DNA of 64,000 bases from Spironucleus salmonicida. Its lineage: Eukaryota. Under the pieces are notes generated by a model. That model saw only the letters and a program-made list of their open reading frames with translations. It was not told the DNA's origin and searched no databases. How positions within the stretch are numbered: the first letter of the stretch is position 1; every line of letters starts with the position of its first letter. The stretch covers positions 868,001-932,000 of the forward strand of contig NC_090602.1 of the NCBI RefSeq assembly GCF_000497125.1, in the 5' to 3' direction. Made by a program: the position numbers and the translations under genes. Below are positions 36,096-48,532 of this stretch, one piece after another.

Positions 36096-37589
36096 TCATT
36101 TGACCAGTAAATAAATAAGGCCTGCAGTTGTTCCAAGCGCCCAAAGTACTAAAAATACTAACGAAATTATCTTAACATTATGCATGAAGCTCAACCCAGG
36201 TAAGTTAAGCCCTATTTTCATGAAAAATTCGGGATTTTTCCTCATAGGTGGAAGTGTTGAATTTGCCACAAATGAATTAATTGCGTAGCCAAGGCCAAAC
36301 ATTTTGTGCTTTTATACCCACAAAAGTGGTTGGTAGTGAGAAAATACTTTAAAAGTCTCAATACCATGGTAGTTACCGATACCTGACTATCCTACTCCAC
36401 CAAATGGGAGCTGGGAAATCTGATAAAGTAGGACTTGGTTAATCGATAATGCTCCTGCAGAGATATTTCTCATAAAATACTCTTTTTCTTGCTTCATATC
36501 AGTGAACAAATAAGCTGCTAAAGGTCTACATTGTAAGTTTGGAACATAAAATGTTTCTCTATACCACTATATTTAGTCATTTAATGATTTAAACTTGACA
36601 ATAGGAAGAACATTACCGAACAGTTCTTATGTGAGTAATTCGTCAGTCTTATCTACTTCTATTAGAGTTATTGGATAGATCAAATTTTCTTTATCTAAGA
36701 AACTATGCTGATATATTATTTTTCTTGTTTTCACGACATCTTCTAAATATGCATATTTTTCTTTGCTAATAATCTTGCAAATATGTTCGTTGGTTTTAAA
36801 TTTCTATTCGACTATTTTAATAATATCATTTACTACTGATTCGGTATCTGGCGTAACACAAATAAAGTTCGGTGCAATGCAAGTTTATCCTGCATTAAAA
36901 AATTTTCCTAATGATATCTAATATGACGCTTATTTTTTATTACATTTTCCTAAAAACACTGGATTAACACCTCCAAGTTCTAGAACACAACGATTTAAAT
37001 ATTAAGCACATTAAGCTTAAATGATCTTCGCAACCGGGATTGATCCTGTAAAAAACACACAACTAAATGGGCGGGGAAGTAACTAGGTATGGTCCATGAA
37101 AAAACAAAACAATTTATCTGGGAATTCTCTAGCTATTAATTCAAAAACTTTTAAAATATTTGGTGTTTATGGGGATCCTTTTAAAGTTACTGGACATCCT
37201 GCTGCAAATGCACCTATCAAAGGGACAAACGCTAAGTTTACTGGATAATTAAAGGGTGAAATAATTAAAGATGGACCAATCGGTCTGGGTATAAGTTGCG
37301 AAGTAGTATTTTTGAAAATCAAAGATTATTTTACTTTTTATGGTTTCATTAAAAACTTAAGATTTTTCTTGAAGTAATTTAATTCATGTATAACTGGCTC
37401 AATTTCTGATAATTCTGATTATCTTTAAGATTTATGCAGATCTAATACTAAAGCAGAGCATAAATCCTATGAATACTTTTTAAAAACCTTCTCAAATTTA
37501 AGTAAAATATCCATACGACACTAATAAGGTTCAAGAGCTCCATCTAAATAAGCAGCCTATTGAATTTAAAAAATTGAATCAAACTCCAT
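36096..37589 (-). CDS. Aldehyde dehydrogenase, ALDH3/fatty-aldehyde type, with C-terminal membrane anchor (497 aa)
   Basis: SPFNYP, FTGS, LELGG, NAGQTCIAP (Q=TAA), ELFG, LPFGGVGQSGIGNYHG; hydrophobic tail. Confidence 0.93.
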
Positions 37590-38141
37590 TTATAAACGTA
37601 ACTAAAAATTAAAAGTGTATTATAATCAATTTAACCAATAAAATATTTATTCATATATTAATATAAAAAGATACTATATAATAATATATAAATATTTATT
37701 AGTATACGATGCTAGTTTTCACTAAAAGTGGCATTATAATATTATTTAAATATTAAAGTACTTTATATTTATTATAATACGTTTTATTATTTGTAACTAT
37801 ATAATATAAAGATAATTCTTGCTTGAAATTTAAAATTTACTTGTATTATTTAAATTAAATCGTATTGTAGTTAACATAAAGCAGTATGGGGTGCTATTTA
37901 ACTTGGTATCTCTAACCACTATAAACACTATGAAAAAATGAAATCATTTATCAAATCACAAACTATTCAATATTTTCATTTCAATTCTTTTAAAAATAAT
38001 CTAGTATCTTCTATACTTATGTTTATTATTTTGTTATCTTCTTTTACAGATGCAACATAACTATAGTTTCTATGAGTTTCATTCGTATAATACTCTTATC
38101 ATTGCATCAAAATTAAGTCCCACCAAGGTTCGCAACCAGAA

Positions 38142-38348
38142 ATGGACTGCTCGGACATCGCAGTGGACCTGGGGGCCTCGGACCTCATCGACCACCTCTG
38201 CGCGCGCATCCCGGGCATCGTGGCCACCCAGCGCTGCGGCGGCGTGGTGCTGCACCCGGCGAACCCCAGGGCCCAGGCGTGGGCGCTCTTCGAGCTGGAG
38301 GTGATGCAGCAGGCGGGCTGCGTGGCCGGATTCCGCCTACTGGAGTGA
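38142..38348 (+). CDS. Hypothetical 68-aa protein, copy B
   Basis: Same protein as 33155..33361. Confidence 0.7.
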   Translation: MDCSDIAVDLGASDLIDHLCARIPGIVATQRCGGVVLHPANPRAQAWALFELEVMQQAGCVAGFRLLE

Positions 38349-38357
38349 ACAACGAGA

Positions 38358-38819
38358 TCACTGCGCCATGCGCCGGAAGGACGCCAGCGAGGCCACGAAG
38401 AGGCCGCCGAGGAAGCAGCGCCAGAGCAGCAGCAGCTCGGGGGCGGGGGCCACCTGCGTGCGCTGCTGCAGTCGGTCCAGCTCGCGGTCGGCCAGGAACG
38501 CGCACTCCTCGAGCTGTGCCTTGCGGGCGAGAAGGGGCCCGCGCTCGAAGCAGGCGGACTCGGCGAGCGCCCTGAACTCGTGGAGGCTCTCCAGCTGCGC
38601 GGCGGCGTCCGAGAGCGCGGCGGTGTACGCCCCCGGGGCCTGGTAGGGCAGGAGGCGGCGGAGGAGCGCGGCCAGGGCGGCGGGGTCCGCGGGGGCGCGG
38701 TAGAGCGCCAGCTGCAGCTGCAGGTAGTCGGCCACGTACTCCCCGAAGCGGGGGGAGGCCGTGAAGTAGGAGGAGGGCACCGCGCGCACTGCGTCCTGGA
38801 GCTGCCCGATCATCGCCAT
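38358..38819 (-). CDS. Hypothetical 153-aa protein, copy B
   Basis: Same protein as 32684..33145. Confidence 0.75.
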   Translation of the reverse strand: MAMIGQLQDAVRAVPSSYFTASPRFGEYVADYLQLQLALYRAPADPAALAALLRRLLPYQAPGAYTAALSDAAAQLESLHEFRALAESACFERGPLLARKAQLEECAFLADRELDRLQQRTQVAPAPELLLLWRCFLGGLFVASLASFRRMAQ

Positions 38820-38836
38820 TTTGGAGCGGACTCAGC

Positions 38837-40720
38837 TCACTCGTTGTCCTCGCAGTAGTACCGCGCGAGCGAGATCGTGTTGCGCGCCGGCAGGGGCGGG
38901 ACCACACCGGCCACCCGCATGACCGCGGCGTCGAAGTCGAAGCCCAGCTCGCTCCGGTGGCGCGCGGTGTCGAAGAAGTGCTTGCACACGAACTGGAAGC
39001 CCGCGCACAGCCCCGGCTCCAGGTCCAGGCACAGCACCGCCTGCGGCCGGGCCCGGATCGTGAGCAGCAGCTGGCGCGCCTCCAGCTGGACGCGGGGCGG
39101 GGGCCGTGCGGCGCCCTTGAGGTTGAGCACGACCCGGGGGAACCGGCCCAGCAGCTCCACCGCCTGCGCGACGGCGGCAAGTCCCGCTTTATTCCTGCCC
39201 ATGTCAACAAGTCTTAGATCAGTGCTGCTGGCGAGCACAGCCATAAGCTAGGCGATGCAAAGATCGTTTAGCCCTACGTCACGGGCTACAAAGCATGTTA
39301 GATCCAGCATGCGCAGCAACATCAGGACTCCAGGTAACTTCCGGCGCAATTCACGGGTGCTAGACAAGTTTAGGTACCGCAGACGTGTTGCAGTCACATT
39401 ACTGGAGAATACAGACAAACGCAGAGCCTCGCAGGCGATTTTCGAGTACGCTCGCTCCAGGACGCTGAAACACTGACACGGGCCACCACCTAGCTCAGGA
39501 AACTGCGCCCTACCACCCGTGAGATCCAGCCCACGTAAGGCAGGTAGTCGCGGCTGGGCCTGCCATGTTGCATCTGCACAACCAGCTACAAGCTGTCGCC
39601 CGTCTTGGAAGAAGGCCTGGACCCCAACTGCCGTGCTCTGCAGGCGGAGAGCCACAAACTCGAGTCCGACCGGAAGCCCATCGAGGACTTCCGCAAGTTT
39701 GTAAATCGGGTGGTCCACCACGAGCACCCGCAATTACTGCATATCCCGGATCTGGCCGAATAGCCTGCAGCCGCTCCCACCCAGAAATTATGCGCCTATT
39801 TCAAAATGCTTTATGTGCCCAACGTGCTCCAGGGCCTGGAACTTGCAGTTGGCGAGCATCACAGAATCCAGACCCCGCAAATCTACGGGACCGCGGAACT
39901 AGATGTTGTCCATTTCCAGGTGCCGAAAGTGCGCAGCTGCGTCACGAAACTGCCCCGGCTCGCGCTACAGCGCAGGGTCTCTGCGGCTCTGGTTGGCAGC
40001 AAGCAGCGAGCCCGCGCTGGCGAGCAGGGACAAAACATCTGAAAAATCACCCGGCCGCAGGCCAGAATTGCTGACGTCCGCCACGGAGCCCCCGCCCATC
40101 AGCCCGCGAACTTTTCCAATTTCGCGCGCGTCGAATCCCGCGAAAATCCGCGTGTCGGCGACATCCAGCAGCGCCAGCGCGCGCTGCGTGCGCGCGATGT
40201 CCACGAGGACGCCGAATCGGAGCTTGTTGCCTGCGAGGCTGATTTTGCGGAATTCGTTAGCCGCAAAAAGGGCGCCGCCGAGCTCCCGGAGGCCGCATGA
40301 CTGCAGCGAGAGCTCCCGGAGGCCGCAGAGCGCCGGAAGTGGGAAATCGACGCGGCTTCCGGAGAGGTCCAGAATTCGTGCAGACGCGTGGCGCGTGATA
40401 TTAAGCGGGCCCAGGGCGAGCTGCTTGCGGTAGATCGCGTTCAGGGGCTACGAGGTGAGCAGAGGCGGCCGCGCTGCGAAAATGCTGTCGATTACCGTGA
40501 AATCGTGAAACTCAGCGTAGGCCTCCTGGCTTCCCAGAGTTAGCTGCTTGCTGGCCGCGAATACGCGGTAAAAGTGGTCCTCGAGGGGCGCCTGCAGGCT
40601 CAAATCGTGGAATTACTGAAAGCTCAGGTGCGGGGTAGCGAAAAGCAGCAGAAACCGGGGTAGCGCCGCTAGCTGTGCGGTACCGAGCCGTTCTGCTGCG
40701 AGCTGGAGCAGTGTTTTCAT
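38837..40720 (-). CDS. Leucine-rich-repeat protein (627 aa)
   Basis: One frame in table 6; ARILDLSGS, LRELSLQSCGL, FRKISLAGNKL, LRGLDLTG, LRYLNLSS, LRLVDMGRN; ends GAG-TGA. Confidence 0.85.
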
Positions 40721-40797
40721 CTTAAATTCAGTTTAATAAAAATGATATTATTATATAATATATAATACAATTTGCTTTCAAATTTCATTCCCCTTCA

Positions 40798-42999
40798 ATG
40801 GACATCCAGGCACTCATAACGGACCACCTGGCAGCAGTTTCAGACCCGCTGATACACCCAGCCATTACGTCACTGATGGCACTAATTTTCAGGAGCCCCG
40901 CACCCACCCCCACCGCCCTGTCAAAAATTCTAGAACAGCGCCCAACTGATATGACGTTCTACAGCCAGAAAGCTCCCTCGAGCGATTTCCGGTCCGATCT
41001 GGATACAACCCTGCACATAGACTAGGAAATCAGCGATACGGCAGCGGTAGCAGTCCACTGGCGCGACAGGGACACCGACGAGCGCGGCGGCGACCCGCTC
41101 TGCGCATTCCACGCCATCGAGATGATGAGCGGAAATCTCTTAGAAGGGCCGTTTATAAACCTTATGTACCAGGAAAATGACCAGGAGGAGCCTGAGGAGG
41201 AGTTCAGCAAAACCGACTTCTACATCGAAAAAATCGCCCCAGACACGGAGCCGCTACCGATGCAGGCTGATCTGGACGATATCGACTTCGAAAGCGGCAA
41301 TATACGCGAAACTGAGCTCCTGCACTTCGAAAATGGCCCAGATGTGCAGCTTCTTGACAGGAAGCCGAGCGAAACCGACCCAGCTACTCTAAACAGCGAA
41401 AATTCATCTCCCACGTTCCACCCCACCAAACCCTGCAACATACTCTCCCCGCAGAGCAAATCCCAGGTCCTAAAGTCCCTAAACGACCACTGCAACCGCC
41501 CGAATTCAGCAGATTTCGTGCAGACCGCAGAAGACTCAACCCCACTCACAACGCAGCAGAAGATCACGTTTGAGCTCCAAAATCACATCGCAGAAGTCAC
41601 GCGCGAAATCATCAATAAGACGCTTCACATTCGCATGAATTCCGGGCTAATTTCGCCTCTAAAGCAGCCACAAGTCCTGAAACTTTTAGCCCAAAAAGAC
41701 GTCGATTCACACTACTTTTTTGCGACCTCACAAATCGATATTCCAACGTATTATAATGTGTATTAGGAGGCCACCGGATTTTTTGTCTACAGCGAAATCA
41801 AGGATCAAGTACTCGTTCTAGCGAATCGTTACGTGATAGTAGAGCCGAATTTCAACGACGACGGCCAATTCGGGCTCCTAATGGTCGCTTATGACGTCAA
41901 AAATGCTGAATTCGTGGCCGTCAAAATGTGCAAAAACGTCGAATATTTCTAGCAGCTCCTGAACGAAATCCGCACTTTAATCTACATAAACAGCTACGAC
42001 AGCGTAAATAATTACGAGAATTTCGCGCTCCTAAAAGACTATTTCATGCAATTTTCGACACTTTTTATCGTCTTTGAGTTCCTGGGAGACAATTTGTACC
42101 AAATCGCCCAAAAGTCAAAATCCGAAAAGGAGCGGAAAGTCGTTTTCAATTTGAATTCTTTGAAAAAAATTACTCAGAAAATCGTGCAAAGTGTGAACTT
42201 TTTGGGCTCTCTGGGGATCCTGCATTTCGACCTGAAGCCCGAGAACATCGTAATCAAGAACATCCAGCAGCCCGGGGACGTCAGAATGGTCGAAAAAGAA
42301 GCGGAATTCGACGATTACGCGAAGGTCGCAAACGTCATTTCGCGCGAATTTGACGTCCAGAAAGTGCAAAATTTTCCCGATTTTTCCGATTTCGACGTCG
42401 ATTTTGACGTCAAATTGATCGATATCGGCTCGCACCAATTCTTCGAAAACGGCCAGACGCCGTACGTCCAGAGCCGCTTCTACCGCGCCCCGGAGGTCTT
42501 TTTGAAGATTCCGTTTGACGGCCGAACGGAGACGTTCAGTTTGGGCTGCGTTCTGTACGAATTGCTGACCTCAAAACCGCTCTTCGTGACGCACGTGGAC
42601 TGCGCGAATTACGCGCACCAGCTGGCGAGCTTTATCGGCCTTTTGGGGCCCATTCCGGAATGGATGATTTTGTAGGGTCAGGATTCGCATTTGTACTTTA
42701 CGGAGCAATACGAGCTTTTCGCGAACAAGGACGCGCTGGTTGAGGGCTATTACGACGAATTCGGCGATTAGACGGTCGAGGAAATCGAGTCTATTGACGG
42801 GCTGTACGTCATTTTGAAGCCTCTGAAAAAGGACATCAGGGAGCTGATTTAGGAGCAGTGCAAGGAGCTGTATGATGTGGATGAGCTGAGTAGCGATATG
42901 CGTGATTTGGTCGATTTTATAGCCAGCTGCCTCGAGCTGGACATGAATAAGAGGATGTTCCCCGAGGAACTCGTGAAAATGAACTGGATTGCAAAGTGA
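40798..42999 (+). CDS. CMGC kinase, DYRK family (DYRKP-like), 733 aa
   Basis: VAVK, HFDLKPEN, LIDIGS, YVQSRFYRAPEV, SLGCVLYEL; ends AAG-TGA. Confidence 0.9.
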
Positions 43000-43049
43000 T
43001 ATTTGGCATATAATAATTATAGTATGTTTAGTTCCCTTCCAATTTTGAG

Positions 43050-44153
43050 ATGAAACAGCTGCACCAGCTGCTTTCCAGCATGGACAAGCAGGATAAAACT
43101 CGGCCCAGCATGGATGTCTCCAACATGGTAATGGACAAAAGTGCTCCGGTCGTAAAAGTGTGCTCGAAGGAGCGGCTACCTTTTAAGTCGAAAAATACGC
43201 ACTATTTTAAGAAGCTAGACGAGGAGATCAAGTAGTACGTCACGTGGGCTTTATTGACCGAAAATGAGCTACTGAAGCGTAACCAGTTCGTGGAAAAGGT
43301 CCAGCAGCTCGTAGACGCAATCGCGCCTGGATACAAAGTGTTGGTCTTCGGATCGCAGTCCTGCGGGATGGCCTCATATTTTTCTGACATCGATCTAAAT
43401 GTTGCGAACCTATCAGATGCACATATTTAGATGCTCGTGCAGCGCCTGCAGGCGATCGCGCCGGGGACCAAATACATCAAGGCTAAGGTCCCGATTATCT
43501 CTGGAATAGCTCAAGAGCTGCAGATCGATTTCGACATTTCGTTCACGCAGAAGGAGGTGATTCAGCAGGATATCCTGCGCCTTTCGGGCCTGGCCCAGGA
43601 AGTAAAGAACCTGCTGGTCGTTATGAAGGCGTACTTGAAGCAGCGGAACCTGCACACGCCACACGTTGGTGGGCTGTCAGGACACCTGCTCTTGCAGCTC
43701 GTGCTGGTGCTAGTGCAGAACCGAGATTCGTACTTCCCGTACAAGAGGCAGAGTTACGGCTCGGCGCAGCTCCTGCTCGAATTCTTGCAGTTCTACGGCC
43801 AGATGTTTAACTACACATATATGTACATATACTTGAATGACAAAGGAGCGTACTCGCTGCGTGTGCGCGGGGACACCATCTACCAGAGGTGTATGTAGGG
43901 CAGGAAGCCGGTTTTGTGCATCATCAATCAAACTGCAGAAGTTGGTGGTGGCGTCTACAAGTTCGAAACGCTTTCCGAGGTCTTCGACAAGACATATCTG
44001 GACATGATGCACGTTAATTTTTAGAGCGTTCTGGGTCGCATCATTGGTGTAGACAGAGTGGGTATCAGGAGCAGGGAGCTGATCGGAGAGGGGGACGAAG
44101 AAGATGAAGATAAAAATGAAGAAGAGGATATTCAGGAGGTGTAGGAGGTATGA
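43050..44153 (+). CDS. TRF4: Non-canonical poly(A) polymerase, TRF4/TENT4-like (367 aa)
   Basis: VFGS...SDIDL, KAKVPII, DFDISF, KAYLKQRNL...GGLSG, LLLEFLQFYG..FNY. Confidence 0.88.
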
Positions 44154-44310
44154 GTGACGTGGAATTTGGGAGTTTGCGATAAATGGGAGGTTGGGGTAAT
44201 AGGTAAGTAGGTGTGTGCGATATGCATTAGTGACGTGTTATTGCCCAGTATACCAATCTGCGGCATTAGCGATATAAACATAAAATTATGTAAAATCTTA
44301 TCTCATCATT

Positions 44311-45594
44311 TCACTGTTGAAGCACCGAGTTAATCGACGAATCGAAAGGGTCTGGTCTGGCGACTTTCGGCTGGGCGCTGGTTGAGGCTGTGGGCTTGCT
44401 GGACTGGGTCGGCGACGCCGTCGAGTTCCCATTTGCAGGCCTTTATCCCACAGGATTCTGCAGAGCTTCCACCGCCGTCTGCTTCTGCGCGCCCTGGTTA
44501 ACATCAAAAACGTCATTATCCTCAAACGCGTCATTCTCATCGTATTTTTCCTAAAAACTGTCGTGTTACGCCAAGTTTCCAGTCTCGTCAAAGCCCTCCA
44601 GATCCTCGTTCTGGAACTCATCGTCCTCATCCACACCACTCGGCTGCGCGGCCAAACTAAAGTACACATCACCTGGCCTAACGATCAAATCGCCCTAGAT
44701 GTATGCCCTGATGAAGCTCTGCGCCTCAGGGACGATTTTCTTGTCCTTCTGCAGCTTGTTGAGTTCGGAAACGCCGTTTGGCATGATAAGCATGTCGTTG
44801 CCGTCCTCGTCGATGACGAACGGAAGGCCCATTGGGGCCCGCCTGATGCGTGTCATTTCGGCGTTTTGTTGGATCGTCAGATCGCGCTTTATGTTCTCCT
44901 GCTTCTTCTGCAGGCGGTCGAAATCGGCAGTCTAGGCCTCCTTCAGCTGCCGCCTGCCCTGTTTGATTCTGGAAGCCAAATTTTGATATTCCACCTCAAT
45001 TCGCTTGTCGAACGTCTCCAGCGCCTTCGCCACCTTGTGCGCGGCCTCCTCGTTCCGCTTCTGCTCTTCAAGTACGTCGAGCGCATCCCCCTTTACGCGG
45101 TATTGCTCAGCGTCAACATAGCGTCCCTGACGTACGAGCTGCTGTTATGCCCTCCTGAGTTCCAGGAGTGTTTTAGAGGCCTTGGGGATCATGCTGTTGA
45201 TTTTTTCCAGGATTTTGCCCTCCTCACTGATGCGCTGTTATAAGTGCTTTTCACGCGCTTTTTGGAGCTGCTCCTGAGCCTTGAACTCGTACTGTTGTAG
45301 CTTCGAGCGCCAGGCTTCCTCGAGCTCGACGGTCTCCTCGTCTATGACGCGCAGCAGCTCGTCGGACTCCTACCGGTGACGGTCTCGGAGTCTTAGTACG
45401 CGCGCACGCCGATCCTCAAGGTAGAGCTCGTCGAGGCGTTTCTTGCACTTGTCTGCCTCGATGTAGTTGGCCTTAGCCTCGCAGTCTGAGATATGCTGCT
45501 ATAGTGCGGCGACAAAGTCACACCTGGCGCGAATCTGGTCGTCTGATTCCTGCGGGATTGAGCTGGAAAGCACCGATTCTGGCCTAGAATCCAT
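44311..45594 (-). CDS. Coiled-coil protein with acidic low-complexity tail (427 aa)
   Basis: MDSRPESV... open in table 6, ends CAG-TGA. Confidence 0.8.
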
Positions 45595-46130
45595 TTTGCG
45601 GAATTGGAGTGGGTAAAAATTGATAAAAATTATATAAGAATGAGATATTTGGCTTGTTAGAGGAAATATTATTATATTATATAATAACGTAATAAGTGTA
45701 GAAGGGGTTTTGAGTATAATATTAATATTATATGATAATATAGTTTTTAATATTAGCCTCATAATCCATTTTTTCACTCCTTCAATTGATTACAAACAGA
45801 CCTGTACTGAGATTAATAACATGTTGATCAAGATCACTTATGACGTATTTTTCAATTATATTTTTAGCTGGCACGCGTATGCGTTTTTCAGTATTAATAA
45901 TGATATTTTTAAGATCTTAAGATTTTCTTTACATATTTACTCATTCCATTCATACATATCATATGCTTTTACATAACTACCTATTATCACTATCTATCCC
46001 CTCTAGCATCTAATATTACCTCTAATTCGTTCTTAGATATCAATATTTCATCCCCTCACTCTTCATCATTTTTAATTTATATTATTATTATATATTAAAT
46101 ATATTATTATTATGTCACTCCAATAATTAA

Positions 46131-46526
46131 ATGACAGTTTATAACTTATAAGAGGTATCCAATTCTTTCCTAGAACTACAGTCTAAAGCAGGCTTTCTTA
46201 AAATCACAAACGTCGAACTACTCCCAAATGGCCCATAGAAGAATGTTGGCAGGGCGCTGGCGTTTTATGGCTTTGTCGGAGTCGTGAAAGACCAAAAAAT
46301 CCTGCTGTTCATCAATTAACTGCCCCAGAATAAGATAAACCTATTTAATTTCTCTATCAACATCAATGAAATTGATCTAGTGTGCCAAACGTCTGACACT
46401 TAGCTCGTAGTCTACATCTAGAAAAACCTGGTCCCACTAACCTTCTGCTGCCCGCCATCCCAGAATTCCCTTTTGATTAAGATTTTTCGCTCCTTTAACA
46501 TAAAATTTTGTCAAGATTTAAAGTGA
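46131..46526 (+). CDS. Hypothetical protein (131 aa)
   Basis: Open in table 6, ends AAG-TGA 9 nt from the convergent stop. Confidence 0.55.
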
Positions 46527-46535
46527 AGATTTTGC

Positions 46536-47066
46536 TCACTGACCATAGAACTTGGCGAATGTCTCCGCGAAGCATGTATCGAAGAAGCTCTGCACGCCCT
46601 CTCCTGTCTGTGCACTGAGCTTGAAGAGCCGGCAGCCGAGGCGGTTGAGTACAACCCGCTCCTCGGCCTCGCCAACCTTCTGGCCTAGGTCCGTTTTCGT
46701 GCCGACGAGGAAGCAACATGCTTTTGCGGGGTCCGAAACCTCTGCGATGAGATCACTCAGCTGCGCGAATGCGGTCTTGTCAGAGACGTCGTAAACGAAA
46801 ACAAGTGCCTGGACGTCACCGTAGAACTCGCTGCGGATTTCAGCGAATTCAGGCAGACCCGATGCGTCGAAAAAATTGATTTTAACAGCCGTATCCTAGA
46901 TCTTGACCTCCCTCACGCCGTAGTCGATTCCGATAGTTGGGAGGTAGCGCTTCACGAAGCGACCCTCGCAGAAGTTCTTGATTAGACAAGACTTTCCTGC
47001 TTTGTGCGGGCCCGCTACGAGCACTTTGAGCCGCACTGAGCGTGGAGGTGGCTATTTTGGAGGCAT
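46536..47066 (-). CDS. RJL-family (DNAJC27-like, no J domain) small GTPase, 176 aa
   Basis: GPHKAGKSCLIKNFCEGRFV.RYLPTIGIDYGV, FFDASGLPEFAEIRSEFY (no catalytic Gln, no prenylation motif); ends CAG-TGA. Confidence 0.85.
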
Positions 47067-47449
47067 TGGGAAGGAATTCGATTTTGGGTATTAATTAATA
47101 TATACTATATAATAATAATGTTTTTGGGAGATGTATATGGACGATAAATTGATTGAGGATCATATTTTTTGTTGTTCCAGGAGTTAGAACGTATGTAAAC
47201 AAAAACTACAGAGAATAATGTGAGATATTATTTGAAAATTAGAATAAATTGTTTAAATTGAAGATATATAATATTAATTCAGATAACAAGCCGTTTGCTG
47301 ACTTAAGCTAGTCAACTAGACTCAGGAAACTATTTCTCAAGAATATTAGTGTTGAATGTCTAAATTTATAGAAAGTTAAAATTAGAAAAATGCATATTAG
47401 GTATTCTGCTATTGACACTTTAACACTGCACTAACCGTTTATTTATAAC

Positions 47450-48532
47450 ATGGCGAGCTACCCAATAGTTTACTTTTTCGAAAGTGACCTAAAATTTTAC
47501 CTAGAATTCTTGAAAGTGCGAGCAAAGCTTAACGACGTCTATGGGTTTTCAGAATAGGAAAATAAACGCTATGTACTCATTAATAACTAAATCGACACGC
47601 TGGTCATACCAGATATGGCGACTGCCGAAGAATGCCTCACTTTCACTCGCAACGCTGTCAAAAACTTCTCAATTACGACCTCCAGCTTAGCATCCATTTG
47701 CTTTAGCTCATAAATCAAAGCGAACCTCGCGCTCGCTACCATGGCGGCAAACCTCCAGGAGCTAATCCTCACTAACTGTGTTCTCACGTAGGGACATCTG
47801 AAGAATGCACCATTTTTGAAGAAATTGGATCTAAATAACTGCACGTTAGACCGCTTCGAGACACGTGACGACGTCAGATAGCTGGAGCGTATTTTTGCCA
47901 AACGTAGCCACTTCGAATACTTCACAGACGGTATGACAGCTGGAATTCTGCTAGAAAGCTGCATAATAAGCTGCCTATGCTGCGTGGAAAAGGGTTTCGA
48001 GCGGGCGATCCTGAGGGATAACAACGTGGCCTCGGTCGACACTGATACAATCAATACTCAGTAAAAAATCCTCACTGCAGCCGCTGCGTGGTCAGGGCAA
48101 CCTGGGTCGGGCATTAATACGCGTACACTGGCGCCTTGCGGCCCGGCTGCGCGATGTCGTACTCTCTTGGAATGGGCGCGAACTCTGCCGCATGCTTCTA
48201 GCGCCGCGCCTCTAGTGGTTGCGTGCCCGCCAACAGCGCCTCCTTCGCGCCGTTAACTGGGGTCATCCCGTGCTTCCTGCGATCGAACTTTGCCGTGGCG
48301 CCGCCATAGATGTTCGAGGTAAAAGTATTTGAGGAGCGCTGGTTTTGCTGGATCTCGGGTGCATCGAATGAAATGGCGCTCTGGTTCATGGCACGGATCC
48401 TCTCTTAGCGCAGTGCAGCGTCCAGCTGGTGCTGTCCGTACTTTACGGACTCCCAGTTTGCTTTTTCTGTGGTCAGAAACTCGCGCCACTACTTGGGCTG
48501 CAGATCCAATGGCTTCGCAGTTGTCTTCATGA
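47450..48532 (+). CDS. LRR-like protein; 360 aa to the first TGA, but the protein-like part ends near 48064 (204 aa)
   Basis: NLQELILTNC and FLKKLDLNNC motifs; 3' end ambiguous (see findings). Confidence 0.6.

Larger units (their letters stand above)
38120..39167 (-). repeat. Inverted repeat IR3, right arm
   Basis: Reverse complement of 32336..33383. Confidence 0.95.

Noticed and set aside
45780-46070. Short minus-strand ORFs in AT-rich DNA
   Set aside because: Table-6 ORFs arise easily in AT-rich sequence; no motif support
47191-47211. GTATGT...CAG intron-like segment
   Set aside because: Only 21 nt, no clear branch point and no flanking exons
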